Source of the DNA: Spirochaetales bacterium | GTDB lineage: Bacteria > Spirochaetota > Spirochaetia > DSM-2461 | Direction of reading: 5' to 3' | DNA: 64,000 nt | Assembly: GCA_028532905.1 (NCBI GenBank) | Contig: JAQQAM010000097.1 | Coordinates: 8,506-72,505, forward strand | In this document: positions 26,280-34,523 of the stretch, in pieces | Numbering within the stretch: the first letter of the stretch is position 1 | How the letters are laid out: each line of letters opens with the position of its first letter | Notes under the pieces: model-generated | Databases searched by the model: none | Told to the model about the DNA's origin: nothing | Seen by the model: only the letters and a program-made list of their open reading frames with translations | Translations under genes and position numbers: made by a program

Positions 26280-28069
26280 TGAAACGTATACTACTCATTA
26301 CCCTTATCCTGAATACCTTTATATTCTCTGCCTTTGCCAGGGAGTACAGCTATCTTAATCCTCCCACAATTTCCATTATGGATTTTGATGTTAATATGGA
26401 GACATCCCAGTATGTGATCAATGATGATGTTGTCCGGTATGACCAGGACTATTACGGACAGCTGATTAATCAGACTCTCCTGACCGTTCTGATCCAGAAA
26501 AACAGCGCCAATGAAACCTTCGTAATCAATGAAGAGAGCTACGGTGAAGAGCTGGGCGGATTCTATGCCAATGACAAACAGTTCAGCCAGGCGACCTATT
26601 TTCCCACACTGTTCAAGATCTATGATAAAAAATATGTGGAAACAGCCCTGGGCAACAACAATTACACCGTTAATGATCTGTACTCCAAGAATGCAGATGC
26701 CTTCAACTATGCAGACCTGGACTTTGTTGTTCTGGGGAATGTCTACAGGAAGGGTGACAGTGTTGCTGTGAATGTGAGAGTTCTCAGTACAAACAGAGGA
26801 GAAGAACTCTACTCCTATATTGGAACCATAAAAAGCGATATGTCCAACCTGAACAGCGTCTGTAACGCCATTGCAGGTAATATTATTACTGATGTTCTGA
26901 AAAATTACTGCTCCCAGTTCATTATCAAGGTGCAGGAAACAGAGGATAAGGACGCTGATAAAATGGTGCCCGTGGACGAGGGGAAACAGCCTGTTTACTT
27001 CTGCCAGTCCCGTCAGGAATACGACAACAGCGATGATGTGATCTCCTACAATGACACCTATAAGAAAGCCGTGGCCGCCAATGAATACTACTGGCTCCTT
27101 CCCGGAGACTATGTCTTCACGGTGTACAGCAAGCAGAACCAGACCGTCCATGAGATTCCTGTGACCATAGAACCCAGAGAAATCGAACTGGTTGAGATCA
27201 CAGAGGAACATTTCAAGGTCGAAAAAGGTTCACTCACAATTTCCGGTGTCTTCCCCACCGACGGATTCAACTTCAGAATCCAGGAGAAGGCCAAGGATGT
27301 TAAATACGTCTGGGAAATCAATCAGGGAGGCAACAAAGACACCAACGAGTACAGCTTTACCTTCCAGGACGGTGAAATCTCAAACCTTATGTTTAAATAT
27401 GACGGACGTTTCTATGATGACGACGACATGAAAAGCAATGGAGATGACAACAAAACACCCAAAATCAGCTACAACGCCTTTACGAATGAGATCAAGATCA
27501 GGGATCTGAATCTGTCCAAATATGATGTTAAGGTGAATCCGGTTGCCAAATCCATACAGAGAAAAGGGGTCACCGGTATTGTATACATCTCCTCAAGGGA
27601 AATTGAAACAAGTGACAATGTCATGGCAGACCTGCATGAAGAGAAGAATGTTACCATCAGTATGTCCGACTTTGATATTAAATCTGTTGACAAGGAAGAT
27701 GCCTTCCAGCAGACCAGAATCACATTCCTTTTTGACAAGGCCTTCTCAAATGAAACGGTGCATCTCTTTGTCACCAACCAGGATGTGGAAGGTTATGTTC
27801 CTATCCGGGACATAGAAAAACTGATCATTGAGGATGAGTATTCCGAAGATGACTGGGAAGCTCTGGCCGGTCAGTCTTTCCTGATATCCATGTACAGAGA
27901 CGGAATGAGTCCTTATCACAGATACATTGATTTTGAAGACATCAGGGCCTCAAAAGACAAAATTATTATCCTTGATCTGTCTCAGGATACAGGAGCCTTC
28001 GAAGTCGGTTCCTCCTCCAGCAGCAGGTCCGGAGGCGGTCTGCTTGGCGGTCTGTTTAAAGGAAATTAA
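26279..28069 (+). CDS. Secreted protein of unknown function (596 aa): N-terminal LpoB/CsgG-like module, beta-sandwich-like regions and a Ser/Gly tail
   Basis: Signal peptide MKRILLITLILNTFIFSAFA. TISIMDFDVN ... DFVVLGNVYRKGDSVAVNVRVLSTNRGEELYS (about 148-180). WLLPGDYVFTVYSKQNQ..IPVTIEP is a PEGA/CarboxypepD_reg-like strand pattern. C-terminal SSSSSRSGGGLLGGLFKGN. The ATG overlaps the upstream stop (TAATG). Confidence 0.6.
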   Translation: MKRILLITLILNTFIFSAFAREYSYLNPPTISIMDFDVNMETSQYVINDDVVRYDQDYYGQLINQTLLTVLIQKNSANETFVINEESYGEELGGFYANDKQFSQATYFPTLFKIYDKKYVETALGNNNYTVNDLYSKNADAFNYADLDFVVLGNVYRKGDSVAVNVRVLSTNRGEELYSYIGTIKSDMSNLNSVCNAIAGNIITDVLKNYCSQFIIKVQETEDKDADKMVPVDEGKQPVYFCQSRQEYDNSDDVISYNDTYKKAVAANEYYWLLPGDYVFTVYSKQNQTVHEIPVTIEPREIELVEITEEHFKVEKGSLTISGVFPTDGFNFRIQEKAKDVKYVWEINQGGNKDTNEYSFTFQDGEISNLMFKYDGRFYDDDDMKSNGDDNKTPKISYNAFTNEIKIRDLNLSKYDVKVNPVAKSIQRKGVTGIVYISSREIETSDNVMADLHEEKNVTISMSDFDIKSVDKEDAFQQTRITFLFDKAFSNETVHLFVTNQDVEGYVPIRDIEKLIIEDEYSEDDWEALAGQSFLISMYRDGMSPYHRYIDFEDIRASKDKIIILDLSQDTGAFEVGSSSSSRSGGGLLGGLFKGN

Positions 28070-28072
28070 AGT

Positions 28073-29905
28073 ATGAAAAAGTTTCCGGCGTTACTGTTGT
28101 TTATCGTCGTTTCGGCTTCAGCATGGAGTCAGAGTCACCAGTCCAGAGGTCTGGGGGTTATCAGAGAAACAGATATAAGGAACACCGCCGGAAACAGCGG
28201 AAAGCGCTATGCTGTGTGCATCGGTATCAACCAGTATGAGCATAGCGTCATCCAGAATCTGAACAATGCCAGAAATGATGCTCTGGCATTGGGCAGGATA
28301 TTTGAAAATGAAGGTCAGTTTGATCAGGTCTTTATAATGACCGATGATATTGATCCCCGCAGCGACAGTCAGAACAACTATCCCCGGCTCAGAAATATAG
28401 AAGGACGCCTTGATTATCTGAAGGATTTTATCAATCCCGAAGACCTGGTGGTGGTCTCATTTTCCGGCCACGGCATATCCAATGAAGAGGGAGAGGGGTA
28501 TCTGATTGTTGCCGACAGCGATGTCAATGATATCTACAACACCAGCTTTCCCATAAGCCGTCTGGTAGACTGGGTGGATGAACTGAAAGTTGAAAAATCA
28601 CTCTTCCTTATAGATGCCTGCCGTGAAACAATTTCCAGCCAGGCCAGCAGAAGCCTGACCCGGAATACTCTGACCTCCCAGCGTTACACAGGTTCAAAGC
28701 TGGGGGCAATATTCTACTCCACTAAAACCGGATGGCTCAGTTATGAAGACCAGGAATCGGATTACGGCGTTTTTACCCGTTTCCTCCTGGAAGGGCTGAA
28801 GGGTAAAGCCGATTACCAGTACGGAGACAGTGACAGCATTGTAACCTTCCGGGAGCTGTCCGTTTTTGTCGAAGAGGCTGTCAGCAATTACTCCATGACC
28901 CTGGGACTGAAACAGAAACCCTTTACCGATGTCCATGGAGAACTCTCCGGAGATATTGGAATAAGTTCTTATTCCGCCAGTATCGATATACAGACCAGAT
29001 CCAATGTGGAAGAAGGTCTGGAAGAGAACCGGGATGTGTTCGGACTTCTGTCCCTCTTTTCCAATGTAAAAGGAACCGTTCTGATTGACGGTATGGACAT
29101 GGGAGAAATTGACGCCGGAGAAACTGTGATATATGAAGATATCTATGCCGGCAGCCATTTTGTAGAGATCCAGCATGAATACGGCCGTTTCCGGAATGAA
29201 TTCGGTATTAAAGAGGATGAAACCAGCGAAATAGCCAATGTTGTGGTTCTGGGAGACCAGGACATCAAACGGGTTCACGGCATCAACTTTGTCTATATCA
29301 AAGGGCGGGGTTCCATGCCGGGATTCTGGATGAGCGATGCGGAAGTCACCATGGGGCAGTATGCCGACTTTATCGAAAGAAGCGAGTACAAAACCGTCAA
29401 TGACTGGGATCAGTACTATGAAGAGGGGTATTACTACTACCCCGCTCACAATGTGAGCAAGATTGATGCACAAGAATTCTGCAAGTGGTTTTCAAAGAGA
29501 TTCAGAGTCTCTGTTTCCCTTCCTACACTCCAGCAATGGCAGTATGCGGCGGGGGGCAAATACGGTACCAAATACTCATGGGGGAATCACTGGGATGTGA
29601 AGAACTGCCAGAATTCCAGCTCCAGGCAGCCGGGAGTCCTACCGGTCATCGGTACTCAGGGACCGACTCAGATTCAGGATTTTCAGAGAGATATAACCCT
29701 GGACGGACTGACCAATATGGCCGGAAACATGCGGGAGTGGTGCCGGGATGAGTACACCAACAGCGACGGGACGGTTATCGGCACCATCGCCGGCGGCAGC
29801 TGGAAGATGTCCCGATCCAGAAACTTCCAATCCATGTATACCGGTAAAAAACCGGCTCACCAGGCTGATGTAGACCTGGGATTCAGACTGATACTGGAGC
29901 CGTAA
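28073..29905 (+). CDS. Exported caspase-like (peptidase C14) protease fused to a PEGA-like domain and a C-terminal FGE-sulfatase/SUMF1-like domain that lacks the catalytic cysteines
   Basis: Signal peptide MKKFPALLLFIVVSASAWS. Caspase block RYAVCIGINQY..NARNDA, catalytic dyad SFSG-H133-G and LID-A-C183-R. PEGA-like segment GTVLIDGMDMGEI..GSHFVEIQ (about 323-392). FGE-like segment FVYIKG..FWMSDAEVTMGQY, NMAGNMREWC, GGSW...LGFRL (about 402-610). Confidence 0.8.
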   Translation: MKKFPALLLFIVVSASAWSQSHQSRGLGVIRETDIRNTAGNSGKRYAVCIGINQYEHSVIQNLNNARNDALALGRIFENEGQFDQVFIMTDDIDPRSDSQNNYPRLRNIEGRLDYLKDFINPEDLVVVSFSGHGISNEEGEGYLIVADSDVNDIYNTSFPISRLVDWVDELKVEKSLFLIDACRETISSQASRSLTRNTLTSQRYTGSKLGAIFYSTKTGWLSYEDQESDYGVFTRFLLEGLKGKADYQYGDSDSIVTFRELSVFVEEAVSNYSMTLGLKQKPFTDVHGELSGDIGISSYSASIDIQTRSNVEEGLEENRDVFGLLSLFSNVKGTVLIDGMDMGEIDAGETVIYEDIYAGSHFVEIQHEYGRFRNEFGIKEDETSEIANVVVLGDQDIKRVHGINFVYIKGRGSMPGFWMSDAEVTMGQYADFIERSEYKTVNDWDQYYEEGYYYYPAHNVSKIDAQEFCKWFSKRFRVSVSLPTLQQWQYAAGGKYGTKYSWGNHWDVKNCQNSSSRQPGVLPVIGTQGPTQIQDFQRDITLDGLTNMAGNMREWCRDEYTNSDGTVIGTIAGGSWKMSRSRNFQSMYTGKKPAHQADVDLGFRLILEP

Positions 29906-30536
29906 TCAGGCGGGACAGAGAGTCCAGTACCCAGGTGGGCTGAACCGGAAGATCCTCCAGTCTGTTCGGACCCCACTGTGCAAATGCCGTATCCACACCG
30001 GCGGAACTGCCGCTGTTAATATCCACATAGGCATCCCCTATAAAAAGAGTCTCTCCGGGAGAACTTCCCGATTCCTTCAGAGCCCAGAGGACAGGTTCAG
30101 GAGACGGTTTGTGTTCAGCTGTACATTCGGGTGTGGCTATGACAGAGAAATACTTAAAAAGATCAAAGTGCTTCAGGTAGGAAACAAGGGAAGGTCTTGT
30201 CCTTGAGGTCACAACCCCCAGAGTTTTTCCCTGATCAGACAAAGTCTTCAGGGTGTCCCGGACAGCAGGGAAAATCTGAAGATATTCAGGATAGATTTCC
30301 CCCTGATAGGTCATATGAAATTTCAGAATCTCATCCAGTTCCTCTTTTGAAAGAGGCCCCAGTACCATTTCCATCTGGGTTGCCAGAGGGATTCCTATCT
30401 TTGAGAGGATATCATCCCGGTCTACTTCCATTCCCCTGTAGACACGGCATGTGTTCACGAATGTCTGATAGATCAGTTCCATAGTATCCAGAAGAGTTCC
30501 GTCTATATCAAAAAAGTAGGTTTTGTAATCTTTCAT
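29883..30536 (-). CDS. HAD-superfamily hydrolase (phosphoglycolate phosphatase/PpaX-like)
   Basis: FFDIDGTLLDT (motif I), GVVTSR (motif II), FIGDAYVDINSG (motif IV). It overlaps the convergent caspase gene by 23 nt. Confidence 0.8.
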   Translation of the reverse strand: MKDYKTYFFDIDGTLLDTMELIYQTFVNTCRVYRGMEVDRDDILSKIGIPLATQMEMVLGPLSKEELDEILKFHMTYQGEIYPEYLQIFPAVRDTLKTLSDQGKTLGVVTSRTRPSLVSYLKHFDLFKYFSVIATPECTAEHKPSPEPVLWALKESGSSPGETLFIGDAYVDINSGSSAGVDTAFAQWGPNRLEDLPVQPTWVLDSLSRLITAPVSV

Positions 30537-30577
30537 CCTGTACCGATTATAGGTGGTTCATCTTATAAAGTATATAT

Positions 30578-30982
30578 TTAGTTCAGAACGGAACGGATCA
30601 CCTCTCCCACAGTCTCTGCTCTGTAAGGTTTGATCAGGAAATCTGTTATACCCAGAGCGTGGAAGGTTTGGATCTGATGATCGGAGACCAGACCGGAACT
30701 CACAATAAATCGGGCCCTCCCGTCAATAGCCCTGATTTCCCGGATGGCTTGTTCACCATCCATAAGGGGCATATTCATATCCATTATGGTCAGAAGAATC
30801 GTCTCTTTATGGGCTTTATACAGCTGGACGGCTTCAGCCCCCCCGGAAGCCGTGAGAGCTTTATAGCCCAGCCTGGTCAGAACGGTGCGGCCCACAACCA
30901 GATTGATCTGCTCATCATCTACAAAAAGAATTGTATTCTGAGAAGATTCCGGTTCAGAACTGTGTATTGTGTCTTCACTCAT
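30578..30982 (-). CDS. Single-domain response regulator (receiver only)
   Basis: ILFVDDE, LTIMDMNMPLMDG, LIKPY. 134 aa with no output domain. Confidence 0.8.
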   Translation of the reverse strand: MSEDTIHSSEPESSQNTILFVDDEQINLVVGRTVLTRLGYKALTASGGAEAVQLYKAHKETILLTIMDMNMPLMDGEQAIREIRAIDGRARFIVSSGLVSDHQIQTFHALGITDFLIKPYRAETVGEVIRSVLN

Positions 30983-31035
30983 ACCTTATTGCATTATAAA
31001 CCCGGATTCCCTTTTTTGGAACAGTTGGAACTGCA

Positions 31036-31353
31036 TCAGGAGGGGATAATACGCTGAAGCTCAGCTTTCAGTGATTCATAGGGATGGGCTCCCTGAAGCC
31101 TCATCAGCTGTTTACCCTTGTGAAAAACCATAATCGTGGGAATGGACTGTATACCGTAACGCATAGCGATATCCTGTTTCTTTTCCGTATTGATTTTGAC
31201 AGTAACCATTTTTCCCTTGTATTCTCCTGCCAGTCGGGCGATAACAGGACTGACCATTTTACAGGGACCGCACCAGTCCGCATAAAAATCAACAAGAACC
31301 GGCAGCTCACTGCTGTTAATCAGATCTTCAAAACTCGGGGGTAAGTGGGCCAT
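31036..31353 (-). CDS. trxA: Thioredoxin
   Basis: 105 aa, active site WCGPCK, VLVDFYADWCGPCKM..P. Confidence 0.9.
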   Translation of the reverse strand: MAHLPPSFEDLINSSELPVLVDFYADWCGPCKMVSPVIARLAGEYKGKMVTVKINTEKKQDIAMRYGIQSIPTIMVFHKGKQLMRLQGAHPYESLKAELQRIIPS

Positions 31354-31535
31354 GGAAACTCCTTATTGACTCCGGCATGCGTTTCTGCCGGTATAAAATC
31401 ATATATAGATTTAAAATAATATATTGTAAAACAATCGGCAAATTAATTTTCTCCTGTACAATCTTAACTAGAATTTGACTTTATTATATTCTGTTATAAA
31501 CTGTTATAATATAAAGATATCCACAGGAGGCTGTT

Positions 31536-32756
31536 ATGACCCATAAAGAGAAATCTCTTACAATCAAGGAAGTGGCACAGTTTCTGGGGATATCCAATCA
31601 GATGGTCTACAACCTGATAAAAGACAAGAAGATAGAAGCCTTTAAAGTCGGCAGTGCCATCAGAATTCTATCCTCCGATCTCTATGCTTATATTGAGAGG
31701 CAGAAGGAACTGTTTCATTCGCCCCGGGAGGGTATTGAAAACTCCGATGAAAACGTCTTTATGGTGCATAATATCTGCTTCCGGAGGGAACAGTTCCAAC
31801 TGGAAAACATCAGTTTTACCATACCAAGAGGCAAGATTCTCTCTGTTATCGGTCCCTCCGGTTCCGGTAAGACAATGCTCCTCAAAGCAATTGCCGGAAT
31901 AAACAAGGCAGAACAGGGTGTGGTCTATCTGGGAAGCAAACGCCTGGACAACATCCCGGCAAGAGACCGGAATATCGGTTTTGTATTTGAAGACTATGCC
32001 CTGATGCCCAATAGAAACGGCCGGGGCAATATCCGTTTTCCACTGGAAATGATCAAACACCTGAAAAAAGACGAAATAGATCCGGCCGTCAGTGCTCTGG
32101 CCGAGGAACTGAAACTGAGCCGGGATGATCTGGATACGGTCATCTCGGAACTCCCTGAAGGGGTAAAGCAGATGATTGCTATTGCCAAGGCGGACATCCG
32201 TAATATTGATCTTCTGATTATGGACGAACCTCTGGCCAGACTGGATGCCCAGGTCAGGCTTCAGATGCGCAGTTTTCTTAAAGAACTTGTTGTGAAACTC
32301 GGAAAAACAACAATTCTGAGTCTACATGACCCTGAGACAGCTCTGGCCATGAGTGACTATATTGCGGTTCTGGACAAGGGGAAGCTGATCCAGTTCGGCA
32401 CAGCCACCGAAGTATACGGCCATCCTGAAACAGAAATTGTATTGGAGATGACCTCCCGCTATGCAGTGAATGATATTCCTGTACAGGTTCTAAAAGGGAA
32501 AACAGATCCTTTGAACCTTGAAACAGACAGGGAAGACGGCCGGTACAAGCTCTTTTTCAGAGCAGATGAGATAGAACTGCACAAGGATGGTATGGAAGTG
32601 GAGGTTCAGGACAGGCATGTACTGGACGGCAGCAGAGTCCTTGCCGGCTGCAGCAGTCCCGAGGGAAGCCTGCAGCTGGTCGTCCCGGCAGAGTATGGAG
32701 AGATTTTCAGCTTTCGGCCGAAATCCTTCTTTCTGTCGGGCCCGGAGAATTCATAA
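31536..32756 (+). CDS. Fusion protein: excisionase/MerR-superfamily HTH, MalK-like ABC ATPase with a degenerate signature motif, and a C-terminal regulatory (TOBE-like) domain
   Basis: N-terminus LTIKEVAQFLGISNQMVYNLIKDKKIEAFKVGSAIRI (HTH_17 type). Walker A GPSGSGKT, Q-loop position FEDYALMP (Glu instead of Gln), signature position LPEGVKQ instead of LSGGQ, Walker B LLIMDEPLARLD, H-loop SLHD. No permease or SBP gene is adjacent. Confidence 0.7.
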   Translation: MTHKEKSLTIKEVAQFLGISNQMVYNLIKDKKIEAFKVGSAIRILSSDLYAYIERQKELFHSPREGIENSDENVFMVHNICFRREQFQLENISFTIPRGKILSVIGPSGSGKTMLLKAIAGINKAEQGVVYLGSKRLDNIPARDRNIGFVFEDYALMPNRNGRGNIRFPLEMIKHLKKDEIDPAVSALAEELKLSRDDLDTVISELPEGVKQMIAIAKADIRNIDLLIMDEPLARLDAQVRLQMRSFLKELVVKLGKTTILSLHDPETALAMSDYIAVLDKGKLIQFGTATEVYGHPETEIVLEMTSRYAVNDIPVQVLKGKTDPLNLETDREDGRYKLFFRADEIELHKDGMEVEVQDRHVLDGSRVLAGCSSPEGSLQLVVPAEYGEIFSFRPKSFFLSGPENS

Positions 32757-32806
32757 GAGCGGAATAAAGATGGAAAGTGTTCCTTTGTTCAGACTATATT
32801 GTGTAT

Positions 32807-33253
32807 ATGAGAATAGAGGCAGTCAGTATTGAAGATCTTTTTCAGAAATCAGGAAACAAGGAAGAACTGATCCGGCTTCTGGACAGGATTATCACAGAAG
32901 AAGCTCCCGGCCTGGAAAGACAGTTTTTCTCTGGCCCCAGTATAACCATGATCGGATATGGAGAAATGCCCTGGAATACAGCTTCCGCATCAGGGACCTG
33001 GCCCGTCATCTCTCTAGCCCCTCAAAAAGATACGGTGAACCTTTATATTGCAGCCGAAAAAGAGGGCAAACCTCTCCCCTCCTTTTATATTGAGGATTTC
33101 GGAAAATCTGCTGTCGGTAAAAGCTGTGTCAGAATTCGCTCTGTTAAAACTCTGAAAAAAGAGGCTCTTATCTCTCTGATCAGAGAAACAGTTCAGTGGG
33201 CAGATGCTGAAAAGAACAGATACGGGCGCCGCTGTGCAGCAAAAACAGAATAA
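32807..33253 (+). CDS. DUF1801 (YdhG-like) domain protein
   Basis: The pattern LLDRIITEEAPGLERQFF..PSITMIGYG ... NLYIAA ... GKSCVRIRSVKTLKKEALISLIRETV resembles DUF1801. Start set at the MRIEAV Met. Confidence 0.45.
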   Translation: MRIEAVSIEDLFQKSGNKEELIRLLDRIITEEAPGLERQFFSGPSITMIGYGEMPWNTASASGTWPVISLAPQKDTVNLYIAAEKEGKPLPSFYIEDFGKSAVGKSCVRIRSVKTLKKEALISLIRETVQWADAEKNRYGRRCAAKTE

Positions 33254-33318
33254 AATTCCTTCAGGACTGGACTTTTGTCTGCAATTACATATATTTTTCT
33301 ATATATACAATATTACAT

Positions 33319-34365
33319 ATGGAGAATTATATGTGGAAAATCCTTTCATACCTTCAGAAAAACCTCAGCCTGGCAGTGCCTGTATTTATGGCTGCCGGAT
33401 TCATTACCGGTTTAACCATTGAAAAAACAGCTGTCCTTAAAGAGTTCATTCTCCCCTTAACCTTTCTGATGGTATACCCCATGATGGTCACCATGCAGTT
33501 CAAAAAAATATTTGAAGCCGGAGACAGCAAGCTGCAGATTGTGACCCAATTCATAAATTTTGCCCTGATCCCCTTTATAGCCTTTCTGATCGGAAAAGTG
33601 TTCTTCTCCGGTCAGCCGTACCTGGCGCTGGGATTTCTTCTGGTATCCCTGCTCCCGACTTCAGGAATGACAATCTCCTGGACCGGGATGTCCAAAGGAA
33701 ATATGGAAGCAGCAGTCAAAATGACTGTGTTCGGACTTCTGGCCGGCTCCTTTCTGACCCCCTTTTATATCAAGGGACTTATGGGAACCTCCATATCCAT
33801 CCCCATGACAAAGATATTCCTGCAGATCGGAACAATCGTTCTTTTACCCATGATTCTGGGAGCTGTGACCCAGCATCTGATAATCCGGAGAAAAGGGATG
33901 GAGGCCTGGAAGAACAGAATCAAGAAAAAGTTCCCCCCTTTTTCCACCTTGGGTGTTCTGTCGGTCGTTTTTATAGCCATGGCTCTCAAGGCTGAATCAA
34001 TTATGGCTGATCCTGCCGCATTCTTCGCTCTGATTCCGTCCCTGCTGATTCTCTATGGCGTCAATATTCTCATAAGCACTTTCATAGCAAAAAGATTTTT
34101 CAACAGGGCAGATGGCCTTGCTCTGGTGTACGGTACGGTCCTCAGAAACCTTTCTATTGCTCTGGCCATAGCCATGACCTCCTTCGGGAAGGAAGGCTCA
34201 GAGATCGCTCTGATTATAGCCCTGGGATATATTGTCCAGATTCAGATATCAGCATGGTATGTAAGGCTATCGGGAAAGATATTCGGTCCCCCACAGGAGT
34301 TGGAAGCCGGGACAGGACAGACTGGAAACAAAACCATTGCCCCTGCTGAATCGGGAAAAGGATAA
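33319..34365 (+). CDS. Bile acid:sodium symporter / ACR3-like (SBF-like) family transporter
   Basis: 348 aa, about 10 TM segments, SLLPTSGMTISWTGMSKGNMEAAV block typical of COG0798/SBF-like proteins. The ACR3 cysteine is absent, so I make no arsenite call. Confidence 0.6.
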   Translation: MENYMWKILSYLQKNLSLAVPVFMAAGFITGLTIEKTAVLKEFILPLTFLMVYPMMVTMQFKKIFEAGDSKLQIVTQFINFALIPFIAFLIGKVFFSGQPYLALGFLLVSLLPTSGMTISWTGMSKGNMEAAVKMTVFGLLAGSFLTPFYIKGLMGTSISIPMTKIFLQIGTIVLLPMILGAVTQHLIIRRKGMEAWKNRIKKKFPPFSTLGVLSVVFIAMALKAESIMADPAAFFALIPSLLILYGVNILISTFIAKRFFNRADGLALVYGTVLRNLSIALAIAMTSFGKEGSEIALIIALGYIVQIQISAWYVRLSGKIFGPPQELEAGTGQTGNKTIAPAESGKG

Positions 34366-34523
34366 ATACTCATTTCTGCCTATGGAAAATGCACCTTATC
34401 CATACAAAATCCTCTTTAAGGGTTCAAAATAGACTATAACTATTAATAGAAAACATTTTGACTTTTACGGATATAAATGCAATCGTATGCAGGAAAATAA
34501 TCCAAGATGTAAAGGATAAACCG

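Noticed and set aside
26291-27211. 306-aa ORF on the minus strand inside the candidate novel operon
   Set aside because: It is antisense to the 596-aa secreted-protein gene. That gene has a signal peptide, a Shine-Dalgarno and translational coupling to its neighbours. The antisense ORF has none of these.
28073-29905. Caspase gene as part of a gasdermin/CHAT-type antiphage or cell-death system
   Set aside because: The protein has an N-terminal signal peptide and so acts outside the cytoplasm. No gasdermin-like, NLR/STAND ATPase, TIR or CRISPR-associated gene is adjacent. I therefore did not call it a defence system.
29270-29905. C-terminal domain as an active formylglycine-generating enzyme
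   Set aside because: There is no cysteine in the stretch after GGSW, where FGEs carry their two catalytic Cys. No sulfatase gene is nearby.
31475-31510. Sigma-70 promoter TTGACT ... TATAAA/TATAAT upstream of the HTH-ABC gene
   Set aside because: The spacing from the TTGACT to the two possible -10 hexamers is 14 or 24 nt, neither of which is compatible. I report only the direct repeats, inside a finding.
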